A stretch of 63,987 bases of DNA, counting the filler, from Diploschistes diacapsis (Eukaryota): the NCBI GenBank assembly GCA_023645945.1. It is 5 parts of 5 records of this genome, joined end to end, with 100 filler letters (N's around TTAATTAATTAA, not from the genome) between each part and the next. Parts side by side here need not be neighbours in the genome. Positions count along the whole stretch, not along the records: positions 8,436 to 16,764 come from JALAIB010001168.1; positions 16,865 to 25,191 come from JALAIB010001169.1; positions 25,292 to 56,565 come from JALAIB010000117.1; 2 more parts are not named here. One strand, given 5' to 3'. Shown here one piece after another: positions 12,813-25,556 of the stretch. Under the pieces are notes generated by a model. It was not told the DNA's origin, did not search any database, and worked only from the letters and a program-made list of their open reading frames with translations. Position 1 is the stretch's first letter; every line of letters starts with the position of its first letter. The position numbers were made by a program, and so were the translations under genes.

Positions 12813-13869
12813 TCAACTTGGCCTTGCCGACATTGCCAGACGTCATTTTAGAGGAAAACTGTTTCAGGTGGATTGAGCAGAATGGATAGCGCTACAGGGG
12901 CGCTTGGTTATTATCTGGAAGTTTGCGTGCAGATTTACTGCCTTTTTTGGAGTTTTTCCGGGGCTCTTGGGTGGTGCATTTCGAAATGATTTGGGATGGT
13001 GTTGATGGAAAGCAAGGTATCGGTTGCACAGCAATTGGCGTACAAGGTGTGCTTCGTTGTCGAAATGACTCCATCATTTCATTCATCGATGAGCCATGCT
13101 GGAACGAAGGACATGCGCTATCACGACGAAATTTGTTACATTCTGATACTTACTTTACGGCCAAGGTCCGAAGGAGAATTGGAGGGTCGTATCTGCTGTC
13201 GCGGGCAGACATGCCCTAGGAGGAGGGAAAAGTTTGAAAGAGACTGGACGTGCGCGCTCTTGCATTTGCTTTCTGAATGTTGTGGGGGTTTCAAGTGCCC
13301 AACACTGTTTCCAGTGGCTCGAGTGCTCCGGGCTATCCAGACGATCTTCCTTCGCTCTTGGTCACTCGCCATACATTGGTTCCACAGCCACGTGGCTGTC
13401 GATTTTGGCGAGCGATCAGTTGCTGGTCTTGCTGCGATGGCTTTAGAAGGTTAGAATAGGTAGATAGTTTTAGTCTAATACCTCGAAGAAAGTCTCAACT
13501 GCATGCATCCAACCGTCGCTGTGAGTTTGTTTCATGAAGTCTTCGGTCCAGCAGATTAGCACATGCATTCAGTTCCACCCATTTCTTTCCCTAGCCCCAT
13601 AGCGTTCAACACAGAGCTCATCTCACAAAGGCCACTCACTACCTGGAATCGTGATCAAACCAAAACAAAGCACCGCGCCGACCGATGCTCATCTGGAAAC
13701 GGCTCAATCTCGTTTCCTACCGAACATGCACCAACAACGCGTTGGGATTTGATCGGGGCGGAGGTTCTCCAGCAGCCTTCGCTTCTTCTCGAGTTACAAA
13801 GGTTTCCGAGTTTATTTTTTTTTTCAGGCGATATCAATATATCTGCTGTACAGCAAAATTAACCCCCCC

Positions 13870-15007
13870 CCCTCTCCACCACCTTTCTTTTCTGTCTCCC
13901 AAGCATCAGCCCGGCGCGCAGAGAGCGGCCCAATTCTAAACTCGCCTACTGGGTACGACTTCCACCACGATCGTCGTGCAGTGCGGCCCCCCCCCGCCAT
14001 CATCCGCGTCTGCCCCGCGCGAGTTGCCGGTCCTCTTCTGCGAGACGACGTTCTACGCCGCTCACCGCCCGCGTGCGAGCGGCGCGTCACATGGAGCTGC
14101 TACACGGAGCAGTTGGGCACGCCGGCGGCCATGTTCGCGGACCCCTCGCATGACCGGCATCGGATGCGCAGGGCGGCGTCGAGTCGGGGAGGTTTCTTTC
14201 GATGGTCAGCGATGGCCGGCGCGAGGGGATTGCAGCCTTTGCTGGAGGAGAAGGTGCGGACTTCTTGAAAGGATGAGGGAGGTGAAGGGGAAGGCGGGGG
14301 GCGGTTCCGGTTGGGTATGTGTTGGCGGCTTTTACGAATAGTGGGGGTGATGGCGGCACTCTATGGGGGGTTTTTTTGGGGTTCGTTTCTCATTGGGGCA
14401 GATGTGGTGATGGAGTATTCGTACGACACACTGGATCGTCGCCTCGATCAGGACGATTGAGGCCCCTCTATCGCAACTCGAACAGCTGTTGTACCTCTCA
14501 GGCATCATCAAAGAGGCCCTGTATCTTAGCTACGGCATCTCGTCACGGTTACAGCGCATCTCTCTCGACAAGCCTCCTCGTGTTTACGGAAGGCTCCGTA
14601 GGGAAAGTCTGAGTCATACCCGGAGAAACATCCGTCGGCATGGCCAGCGTCCTGATCCACACGAACGAGTCCATTTTTTGGGACTCGCACACGTTTAAAC
14701 GGGAGCGCTGGAATGAAGAGCCGCGACTCTAGCGGCGTGGTGGTGGCATTTTCGAAGGGCAGCAGGCCGTGTCTGGGTATTAATCTTTGCTTACGCGGAA
14801 ATGTATCTTTGTCTTTCGGCGACTTCCAGGCGGTTTGGGTCTTGCGCATTGGATGGGGAGCGGACGAATGGTGTCAGGAGTAAGGGGAATGAAGGTACGC
14901 TGGTGCTGTTTGAGGCTAGATGGAGGCATATGGAAGTCATATCGGATGGATTCGTTCCTTTGAGGGTGATCGACTCGGTTGGGACTAGGATTCGCGTATG
15001 TGAGTGA
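13870..15007 (+). pseudogene. Cytochrome P450 pseudogene (trichodiene-oxygenase/CYP58-like), internally deleted
   Basis: N-terminal remnant YTEQLGTPAAMFADPSHDRHRMRRAA...LQPLLEEKV; K-helix LYLSGIIKEALYL (ExxR lost); heme motif FSKGSRPCLGINL followed by a frameshift into AYAEMYL; stops present. Confidence 0.8.
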
Positions 15008-15590
15008 CCCTTGCACTTGTTAGCGCCATGAGGGCAGTGAAGACGAGACCCGAGAGCATTTTGTTAATAATCGTTTGGTTGATATGTTTCTTGTAGGAAG
15101 GGCGCTTGGGAACTCGCCTGCATCCACTTGACATGGAACGCACATGCGCTTTGCAGTGTGAACTAGGTGGTCGGAAATGACTCCTGCGCTACATGTGGAT
15201 GAAGCGATGTACAAGTGTCCCTCCATGGCCATTGAAATCAATCTCATCTATCAATGGCTTGAGCCACAGTCTGTACAGAGGTACCTAGCGCTTCTCACTA
15301 ATGCAGAGAGTTGACTTCGGTTGTCGCGCGAAGATGACATCATTCTCCTCGGTTGCATTGTTGATAACAGCTGCTTCCCTGCTTCTGTATCCTTCGAGGT
15401 ACTTCACATACGCTCCTTGACAGTCTACAGAAGCGTTTTGAGCTGCCCACGGGCCCACGGGTCAATTTACTCCTGACATATTTCTTCAGGTTCATGTCAT
15501 CGCCTCCTAATTTCCAAAGTGCTGGTATATAAGCATCCCTGCGATTACCCCACCCTGATCCAAACCAAACAAAAGAACGCTCAACCCAAG

Positions 15591-16764
15591 ATGTAATTCG
15601 CCCCTATCAACTCCCACAACGATTATCCCACCACTAAATCCCCCCTCAGGAACCGCGCCCTCTCCATCCGCTCCAAAAAGAGCGATGCCTCCAAGTCCCA
15701 AGACACGCCGAAGCACCGCTTCACCATGGCCTCTCTGCGCGGCATGCAGCAGCCCCAGCTCTCCAAGAAGCTCTTCAAAATCATCAAGTCCGAGAACCAC
15801 GCGATCGGCGCGTACGAGAGCGCGGGCCGTGAGCGCATCTCCATCGCCAGCCAGCTGTCGGACTGGGGCGAAGGCACGGGGGACGAGAGCATCAGCGACG
15901 TGTCGGACAAGCTGGGCGTGCTGCTGTCGGAGCTGGGCGAGCAGGAGGATGGGTTCGCGCAGAACCTGGAGGACTACAGGGGCGTGCTGAAGCAGATCCG
16001 GAACATGGAGCAGAGCGTGCAGCCGAGCCGCGACAGCAAGCAGAAGATCGCGGACGAGATTGCGAAGCTCAAGTACAAGGAGCCCGAGAGCGCGAAGATT
16101 CCGGTGCTCGAGCAGGAGCTAGTTAGGGCGGAGGCGCAGAATTTGGTGGCCGAGGCACAGTTGACTAATATTGTGAGTTTGCACGGGGAGTGTCTCCTCT
16201 GTTGCTTTGCGCTCTTTGTCGCTCTCCACCGTTCCTTTCTCTCATCTTTCTTTCACGCCACCTATTCTCTCTTGTCCTGCTGCTCTTCATTCCACCTTCC
16301 CATCCCAAACCCCCCTCCTCACCCCATCGACATATCACCCACCCTGACCTTCTGCCCCCCCAGACCCGCCAAAAACTAAAAGAAGCCTACTCCCTCCACT
16401 TCGCCGCCGTGATCGAGCGCGCGGAAAAGCAAATTATCCTGGCCCGCCACGGCCGGCGCCTGCTCAACCTGCTCGACGACACGCCCGTTGTGCCCGGCGA
16501 CGTGCGCCCGGCCTTCGAGCACGCCGCGCAGGCCCGGCAGGTGCTCAACGACGCTGAGGAGGACTTGCGGGACTGGCAGCCGAACCTGGAGGACGTCATG
16601 ATGCAGAGCGCGGGGATGGGGAGCAATATGATGCCGCCCGAGGCCGGGGCAGGGATGCGGGCCGGAGGCGTGGCGGGCGCGGACGTGGGCCATACGCAGG
16701 TCGGGGAGACGGCGCCGGTGACGAGCGTGGGCGAGAATGAGAGGGTGATGGAGGGGGAACATCT
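15591..16764 (+). CDS. Eisosome BAR protein of the Pil1/Lsp1 family; introns 15593-15649 and 16173-16363; 3' end lost in the gap
   Basis: Spliced start MNRALSIRSK; QLSDWGE...DVSDKLGVLL; LEQELVRAEAQNLVAEAQLTNITRQKLKEAY; LLDDTPVVPGD. Confidence 0.93.
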
Positions 16765-16864
16765 NNNNNNNNNNNNNNNNNNNNNNNNNNNNNNNNNNNN
16801 NNNNNNNNTTAATTAATTAANNNNNNNNNNNNNNNNNNNNNNNNNNNNNNNNNNNNNNNNNNNN
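16765..16864. other. Assembly spacer
   Basis: 44 N + TTAATTAATTAA + 44 N. Confidence 0.98.
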
Positions 16865-17664
16865 AGACAGACGTCACACGGCCTTTCGTATGTAGGGATA
16901 ACGTAGATAACTAGCACCACTTTTTTGCTCTGATGCTTTATTTTATTTCATTTTATTATTCTTTGGCTTTTTTTTTTGGCCGGGGGGGGAGCGGGGAAAT
17001 GAGCATGTATAGAAGAGAGAAGAGGAAGGAGAAAATGCGGCGTTGGGGTAGGATCGGATCGGGGTAGGGATTTGGGTGGCTTGGTGGCGAGAGAGAGCAA
17101 GAAGGGTTTTATATATATATATACGTCGGTCGTTTTTTTTAAAAAAAAAATAAATGTCTTCCCTTCTTTTCTTTTATGTGGCTTTTTTACTTCTCGAGGA
17201 GACGCACATAGCGAAGCATATATCCGCAACATGCATGCCTTCCCGCTAGCTCCTTACTTTCATGATAAGGCAGACGTCTGTCGTCTTTTCCACCATCCGT
17301 CTGTAGGATCTAAATCAAGGCTACTGGTGTTTCGAGATCCCCCATCCTATCGCGTTTTTCCTTAATCGGGCACGTTGAAACGTGGGGTGATGGATGCCGG
17401 ATGGGGAGAAAAAGGGGAAGAAATGTTTATATACTTCCGTAAACGGCAATTCGGGCGTTCCGAATTAAATTTCAAAGAAAAGAAAACCTAAAAAGGGGGG
17501 GGAAGAAGCATACGGCGGCGCCCACAAAGCACGAAGTTTCTCGGTCCGGATTGGGGTGTGAGTGCTCTGCGCATTAATGTGCGGAGGGACAGATGGGTAA
17601 AAAAGGTACGTAGGGTATTTTTCGTCTATATATTTCTGATATTAGTATCGTTATCGATTTCCAT

Positions 17665-17689
17665 GGACATAAGGACATAAGGACATAAG
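17665..17689. repeat. (GGACATAA)x3 tandem repeat
   Basis: Read directly. Confidence 0.8.
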
Positions 17690-18332
17690 CTGCGATTCGG
17701 GCAGCTCTACATACGAGTACCCGCGTAGCAATCACACTTTAGAACTCTAGAGAAAACCCCCCCCCCCCAAAAAAAGGACCTCTCCGGCAGGACGGGTGGC
17801 GCTAAGAGAGTTCAATTGCACATGGTACGAAAAAGGCCCGCTGAGCTAGTGCATTTCTGTTACTTTGTAGGAATAATCCATGCTGTCATTCTGTCGCCAT
17901 CAGGTCGTCGAGGAGAACTTGGTGGTAGCAGCAGCTATAAGTTGCGTTGGAGCTATGGAATTGAGTTGCTCGGACGCCGAGGCAGAGATGATGAGTAGGT
18001 AAGTAGAGGCAGGTCAAGCCATATCCATACTCGGTTGTTGTTAATACTCGGTGTAACCGATGCGATGTGATGCGTCATAAGGTGATGCGATGCTGGACCT
18101 GTCCAGCAGTTTGGGCCGCTATACATATGCCGTCTGCCGCTCGAGTTGGGAGGGATGCACAAAGCGTTGCCCTACATCCAGTGGTGTGGCGCGTCGATGC
18201 CGTCCTCGAACGAAGAGTGAACGGAGCCCAGGGTCTCGCCCTGGTAGGCCTTGGGCCACCATCGCTCTTACCCCGCTAGATTCTGCTCGGTCTTCACTTC
18301 CTGTCATCGACAGCCTCTCAACTGCCTTTCTC

Positions 18333-20802
18333 CTAACCCTTCTCATCGTGCAGCAACCCATCCAACTTCAATTTCTCCACCAACCTCTTCAGTCCGCCTT
18401 CCGTCCTCACGTCGTCCTCTTCGCCATCCGCCCTGCCCCTTTTCCCAGCTTCCGCGTTCCCATCCTCATCCGCCCTCCCTTCCTCCTCCTTCATCTTCGA
18501 CTTCCCTTTGGCGAGCTGCAACATCTTGCCCCAGCCCGTGGCACCATATGCATGCCTTTCGTCAACGCCCTTCATGTTCCCATCTCCCTTGTATTTTTCC
18601 GTGTTTTTCACGCGCCGGGTAAGGTAAAGCGTCGCATGTTCGCTGTTGCGTCTTATTCGTTCGACTTCTTCGTGGTATGCCGCTTCGTAAATATTTCCCT
18701 CCGCGGCGGAGGGGGACTCCGAAACGGTCGGGGCTCCATCGGGCGAGTTGGGCTCAGCGGAAGAGACGGTGCTGGAGGGGCCGATAGATAGGAACAGGAA
18801 GTCGGAGAGAGGATCGTGCGCTTGGCCTTTGCCGTAGATCTTAGCTTCGTTGAGGGTGCTGGTGTAGTGGGGCTGCTGGGGAGGCGCGAATCGAGTCTTG
18901 TTGGGGGATGAAGGTCCATCGTGGCTGGGTGGAGGAGAGATGTGAGGGCCTTCCGGATGAGGAGAGGGGCTAGGCTTGGCTACGTCGCGGCCCGTCGCTG
19001 CTATGTCGTCGCGTTCGGTTAGCGGCTGCTTGAGTTTTTCGATGTCGATGGGACGGTGGACGCCTTCGCGCGTCAACGCCTGTTCTACCGGTCTTCTGTC
19101 ATACGAATCTACACTGCGGGACTTGCGGGGCCGCAGATGCTCTCTCGTGGTTGGTGATCTGGACATCGTCAACGGAGGTTGGAAGATGCGGGTCTCCTGG
19201 CCAAGGATTGAGTCGAGCATCTCTGGCCTCCGCTTGGAAACGAGTTGCTTGAACTTCTTCACAGCTTTCATCTGTGCGTTTTGTGAGCTATTTGGGAAAA
19301 CTGCAGGATCTATCACATGTCAACTTACAACGACCAGGAGATTGCTTAGATTGCCTGTGATGGCTCGTCTCATTTCCTCTTCCGTCGGCGGCTCAACCAA
19401 GTCAGAGGTATTCTCCTCGGCGGACAGCAATGGGTCATGCCCGCGCTTAGTCACCCATGGATGCTTCTACCAGCAATTAGCCTAGCACCACTGCTCCTGA
19501 GTTGCCATTTCTTGCCCTGAGTTCTTCCATCTTTATACGCTTCGCTGGATCTTTCTCGAGAAGTCTGTGAATAAGGTCTATAAAGTCCTCTTCATCGCAT
19601 CCTTTTAGATCGATCCCGTCACCCCTTATGGAATCGTAAAGATCCAGCACACTGACCTTCTCGAAGGGAACGCTGCCAAAGTAAAGACAATATAGAGTGA
19701 CGCCCATCGACCAAATATCGGCAGCCTTGCCAGAGATGCTGCCATGCTTCCCTACGCACAGTTCCGGTGGAAGAAACGCTGGCGAACCTGCCGACTTGGT
19801 CGTCATCAGGTCCGAGTCCTTGGCGAACATCTCCGAGACTCCGAAGTCACTGATCTTCAGCACATCGTCCTCAGTCAGGAGCAGGTTGTCGGGCTTGATG
19901 TCGCGATGCACTACGCCTTGGGCATGCAGATATTCGATTCCCAGTATCATGTCCCTGAACCAGCATCTGCACCGTTCAGACCCATAAGGCTCGGCTGGTT
20001 CGTGCATCCCAACTTTCATGACCACGCCTTGCTTGCACATCTCCAGTACCATGTAAAGCGAGTCCTCATTCGGATCGTCTAGCACCTCAAACAGTGAGAC
20101 AAGGTTGCTGTGGTTGAGCTTCTTCATGATCGCTATCTCTTCACGGATCAGGTACAGTGGATTTCCGCCCTCCTCGTCGCGATGAATGTCGGAGGCGGCG
20201 CGTCGGTGCATTGGCGAATTGAAGCCGACGCCAGCGGCCATGTGTCCCGGGCCCCGGCCGCCATAGGGTCTGCGCAGGATACTGGATTGGGCGCGCTTGC
20301 GCAAGCGAGATTTGGAGAACTCCTTGACAGCCTAGGACAACACTCTCAGTTCCGAGCGAACCTGCAATGGTTCCGACGCCGGCCATAGTCACTCACATAC
20401 TCGTTTCCAAACTGGTCCACGGCGAGATGCACGGCGCCGAACGAGCCTCTGCCGACTTCTTGTTTGATCACATATTGGTTTATGCGGTGTATCGCACTGC
20501 CGTCGTCTTCGCTGTTTGTGTACTCTGAACGAGCATGCAAGGTCTCCTTCACCTGGCGCGGAGTCGAGGGTTTACGCTTGTGGTGTCTCAGTGGGCTTTC
20601 GTAGGTGGGGAATGATCTACAAGATTGTCAGAGGAGACACTATCTCTAGATGGGCGCAGCAAGGATTTACTGACACGTGGGAGATGTTCGGTGGTCTGGA
20701 ATTGCCAGTATCAACGCTGGGAACGTCGAGTAGAGAGCTGCCGGAGATGACGGAGGCTGAGCCCTTTTCCGCCGGGGCCGTCTGGCCTGTACCAGGCTGC
20801 AT
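18333..20802 (-). CDS. Calcium/calmodulin-dependent kinase kinase (CmkC/Ssp1-like), multi-exon
   Basis: INQYVIKQEVGRGSFGAV, EEIAIMKKLNHSNLV, HRDIKPDNLL, DFGVSEMF, SAGSPAFLPPE; GT-AG introns separate the ORF segments. Confidence 0.92.
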
Positions 20803-21275
20803 ATGATTTGCGCTTGGCTCAATCTAACCTCGGTGATGAGCATCAAATGCTACTTATACTATATTTCCAATGAAGACAATGCAGCATCTAGAGAGATTGA
20901 GCGTGATACCCATCAAAAGGTGTCGATAATAGAGCTTTAGTTGTGTCGCTTCAGCCTTGTACTGGAGCCGGCCGACCGTTGCAGCTGGCGGGGGAAAGTT
21001 AAATCAAGCGTGTTGAGGGAAGCGCTTCAGCAAAGTTGCAGTACATACATACATGTACGACCGGGAGCCTTCCGAGAGCTTGTCATTCGCCTGCTATTAT
21101 CTGTCATGGACTACGACCCATGTTTGGAAGGAGAGATTATTACTATATTATATAATAAAATATATTAATTCAGTTTTCTTGGGATTTTCTTTGGCTAATT
21201 AATAGGCGAAGTTCATGATTAGATTTATCATTTATGTGATCGGTCAGCTATACCGCCGAATTAACCCTGATATTA

Positions 21276-21460
21276 CAGTACTATTCTAAAAGTGGTTAGG
21301 CCCCCCCCCATTTCTCACCAAAAAACATCACTTCCCTAGGCTTTATATCTCTGCGAAAAAGTTTTTAAAAATTAACAAAAATTCAGAAGCTTTTTAAAGC
21401 TCTAAATATTTATTCTTATCTAGCCTGGGGGCCGTAAGACGTCGACGAAAAACCTGAGGG
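21276..21460 (+). mobile_element. Single Tc1/mariner-type terminal repeat with AT-rich remnant
   Basis: TA|CAGTACTATTCTAAAAGTGGTTAGG closely resembles the left end of the MITE at 60018 (TA|CAGTACTAGGCCAAAAGTAGTTAGG); no partner TIR seen. Confidence 0.5.
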
Positions 21461-21665
21461 TATAATTGCCCTAAAAACTCCCACTTCGGAAGAAAAGCAG
21501 CCACACACAAGCAACAGTAAATGATTTTGATGAATCAAATTTGTTGGGTTGTTGCCGCTCGGATCTTGGGAATTTCTCGATGATCCATCTCCTACACCTA
21601 TCGCATATCACTTAGCACTACTTCATAGTAATTTTTAAGAACTAGAACCACTATACTTCTCTATC

Positions 21666-22902
21666 ATGGCCCCAACAACCCTTCACCTGCGATCCGAGAC
21701 GAAGAATCTTGAGCGTCGTTCTGCCTGTGAGTCTCCCAGAACGAGCAAACCCTCTCTAATCCCTATCAACTCTGGAGCTGATTCATAGCCAGTATCCCCT
21801 GATGTAGCGAAGGCGCTGCTTCAAGCAGGGTACCAGATCAATGTCGAACGAAGCTCTGCGCGTATCTTCAAAGACGACGAGTTCGCGGCCGTGGGCGCAA
21901 CACTGGTGCCCGAAGGCTCCTGGCGCGAGGCTCCCAGCGAACACATCATCGTTGGGCTGAAAGAATTGCCCGAGAGCGATGGTAGGTGTAGAAGATCCGC
22001 TACAGCTGGTTTCTAATCCTTTTATAGAGCCGCTCCACCACGCTCATATACAGTTTGGTCACTGTTATAAGCAGCAGGAAGGCTGGGCACAGTACTTGTC
22101 GCGTTTTGCACGCGGTCGGGGAGTTTTGTACGACATTGAATTTCTGACAGGCGAAGATGGTCGCCGTGTTGCCGCATTTGGGTATTATGCCGGCTATGCT
22201 GGTGCTGCAGTTGCCCTCATGGCGTGGGCTCATCAACTATCCAGTCCTGGTACCGAGCTTGGTCCCGTGCCCATCTACGAAACAGCGACTGAGCTCGAAC
22301 AGTCGGTGAAGAAGAGTTTAGCCTCTGCCATTAGCCATAACAATGGACAGCAGCCGCGAGTTATCGTTCTCGGTGCTCTTGGCCGGTGCGGCACCGGGGC
22401 CGTTGACTTTTGTCTCGCCGCCGGCGTCCCGGAGTCTTCTATCCTCAAGTGGGACATGGCGGAGACAGCGCGAGGCGGGCCGTTCCCCGAGATTGCGGCC
22501 TCGGATATTTTCGTCAATTGTGTCTATCTTGGACCGACGCGGATTCCGCCCTTCGTCACGTACGAATCGCTGTCGCAGCCTGGCCGAAAGCTCCGGGTGG
22601 TGTCCGATGTCAGCTGCGATCCCAACAGTGAGAATAATCCTGTCCCAATATATACTGAATACAGCACATTCACGAAGCCGACGCTGCCAGTGGAAGTCAA
22701 AGGCGACGGCCCGGAGATGGTAATGGTTAGTATCGACCATTTGCCAAGTCTAGTGGCGCGAGAAGCGAGCATTGCGTTTTCTAAGTTGTTGCTGCCAAGT
22801 CTGGAGACGTTGAATAGGCGGAGTGAGGAGGGCGTTTGGCTTCGTGCCCAGAAGGTCTATGAAGAGAACGTCAAGAAGTTGCCCAGAGAATACGCACCAT
22901 AG
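21666..22902 (+). CDS. LYS1: Saccharopine dehydrogenase (NAD+, L-lysine-forming); introns about 21727-21792 and 21983-22028
   Basis: LHLRSETK..ERRSA, HIIVGLKELP, HIQFGHCYKQQ, GRRVAAFGYYAG, GALGRCGTGA, DVSCD, SIDHLPSL..EAS. Confidence 0.95.
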
Positions 22903-23806
22903 TGATGCCAAAGTCGGAGATCAGAAGCAAAAGGAGGGTCTTTTAGAACTGCGGATAGTAGGGCGTCGGCGTGCTTGCAAAAGGCTTAATCAGAGTGCTA
23001 TGAAGATTATGAGCCTAACAAATGAAGATCTCTGTCTTTCCCTGCTTTCAACTTACTCACGCAGCTCTTAACTTTGATCGCTAATGAGAGTCTTGCAGCG
23101 AAAATCCAGAAGTCGCCCGCTCATTGCCAGACCAGCTTCTATTGCATAGCGATTTATTGCACTATATGGAAGGTACAAGGCTAAAAAAGAAACTGCCTGA
23201 AGCGTTATCTGCTTCACAACTTTATCATTGGAGACCAAACTATGTATTTATCGTGAGTAGCAATGAAAGGTATCGCTAGAGTACTTTCAGAACTGGCGCG
23301 TCAGATATAGATCTCACGGTTCCCACCCCATGCACATCCAACAGAAGGGTAAAGCACATAATTCACGGAGGGGTTTTCTCTACTTCTAGAGCAATGCTGT
23401 CCTCTAATCTAACTTAGGGGTATTGAGCAACGAGAAATCCATCCCTAGCTTGAACCATAGTCGTCTTCCACTTCTCAGAACCATTCGTGTTATGTTAGTC
23501 ATTGATCTTCAGAGCCTCTCTGAGGAAGCCCAATATTCTTTATTTAGGAACTGATTCTTTTCGTTTCAAGCATTTTGGCCTTATCGTTGTCTGTATGTTC
23601 TTGTAGGTGGCTACAGGGAAGATTCGGGCTCACTTGCTGCGGCTACTTGGTCCTCAAGCTCGGCAAGTCAAACTCGGCACCCGCCAGCCCTTGGTTCGAA
23701 GGAGACACCATACAGTAAACGGCAGTAACAACCTTAGACCAGACGGTACGTTGTAAATGGTAGTGCAGCCAGCCAAGCGCGAACCAGGGATATACAGATC
23801 ACGGTA

Positions 23807-24007
23807 ACGTGTTTCACCACGAAACGGAACACACCACCAAGCGGAACACTACATTATAATATAATCAAAAAAAGGCCGAAGAACGGGGGTAATGTAATTG
23901 AGAACAGATTTAGCTTCGTATAAATATAGAAGCGCTCGATCTAGCGCAATTACATTATAATATAGTGTTCCGCTTCGTGGGGTGTTCCGTTTTGTAATGA
24001 AACACGT
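23807..24007. mobile_element. 201-bp MITE of pogo/Fot1 type with about 55-bp imperfect TIRs and TA target duplication
   Basis: TA|ACGTGTTTCACCACGAAACGGAACACACCAC...GTGGGGTGTTCCGTTTTGTAATGAAACACGT|TA. Confidence 0.88.
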
Positions 24008-24143
24008 TATTTCTTAATAAATCTTGTCTAATCATATTCCGGTGTGTCTTGGGATTATAACGGATACTAGTCCGCTAGTGTACGTAGCGTAATATTATTG
24101 CCAGATGTTTATTAACGTTTATTAGTAATTATGAATTCCATTA

Positions 24144-25191
24144 ACGTGTTTCACCACTTAACGGATCACACCACAAAGCGGCTCACAATCCCTGCACCTT
24201 CGTATAATGTAGTAGAAAACAGATTTAGTTTCGTATAAATAATTTTATGTGTGGTTATGGGGCTCAAAAGCTCGCTTAAAACTATCTAGCGCTTCCATAT
24301 TTGTACGAAGCTAAATCTGTTCTCAACTACACTAGAGTGTTGCCCCTAGTAACCGAGCGGACCCTAGTAACCGATCATCTATAAGCGCTTTTTATACTTA
24401 AAATACCTTCTTCTTTTTTATTTATTATAAGTTCTATATATTTTTTTATTTTTTACTAATTTCAATTTAGATATTTTCGATAATGACAAAGGTTCTTATC
24501 GAAACGAAAATTTAATTTTTTTCGTTATCGTTTCGTGAAGTCGTTCGACGCAACGGCGTTTTTTTTTTTTTTTTTTCTCGATAAGCTTAATGACCGCCTT
24601 AAAAAATTTATTGGCCATTAATCGCAATAGTTTTTGATTGTTAAATAAAAGAATATTTTCGCGAGGTATATAAAGCGTTTATAGGTTGAAGGATTTTTTA
24701 TTTCTGTCGTAATATTTAAAAATTTAACGGCGGAGATCTAGAATGTTTCTGAATTAAATAATTAACGTTAGCTAAACCGTTATTGGCCGCAGCGCTTCTT
24801 AGGGAAGTATCCAGAGTTAAGTACAGCCTGGAATAACTTTCTTTCAAATAAGAAAACCGATATCGCGGCGTCGGGGATTTTACGCCCGTTTTTAGAACGT
24901 CTTTAGAAATTTCGCGTCCAATACGACGTTATTTCTGGAAATATTTGGAATATAGACGAAAAAGGGATCCAGCTTAACGCTGAAGAACGTACGAAGGTCG
25001 TCGTATGTATCCCTTATTGCTAGACCGATCGCCAGCGCTTAATCGCGGATAATCGCGATCTAACGACGATAATCGAGACGGTCTCGATTAAAAAAGAATA
25101 GCTTTCTTTTTTAATCATTTTTAAAAGTAAAAAGCTATAAATAAAATAAATAAAAGATATTATTTTTTTAAATAAGTCTACGCTTCAATAT
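24144..25191 (+). mobile_element. pogo/Fot1-type DNA transposon left end with RIP-degraded DDE transposase, truncated at the gap
   Basis: TA|ACGTGTTTCACCAC TIR related to the adjacent MITE; transposase remnants NIWNIDEKGIQL, TTIIETVS and IIFKSK; very AT-rich with many stops. Confidence 0.85.
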
Positions 25192-25291
25192 NNNNNNNNN
25201 NNNNNNNNNNNNNNNNNNNNNNNNNNNNNNNNNNNTTAATTAATTAANNNNNNNNNNNNNNNNNNNNNNNNNNNNNNNNNNNNNNNNNNNN
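25192..25291. other. Assembly spacer
   Basis: 44 N + TTAATTAATTAA + 44 N. Confidence 0.98.
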
Positions 25292-25556
25292 ATAAACAAA
25301 TGTGGCTGGAGGGAACGCTAGTTCCATAGATACTTGTGGCTGCATACAAATTAGTATGACTGAGAAAGTATCTTGAGAACCATGGTACTTATCATGTAAT
25401 TTATGTGTACAGTAGGCAGAATAAGACTTGCCTAGGTAAGCTGGTGGATGTACATATCGTCATTATGTCCAAAAGCTATCCCATCTTAGCGGACAGCTTG
25501 CACTTTCACATCTGCATTCCGGACCTCCAAGTTTTCAGAACCGGTGTTCTATCAAT

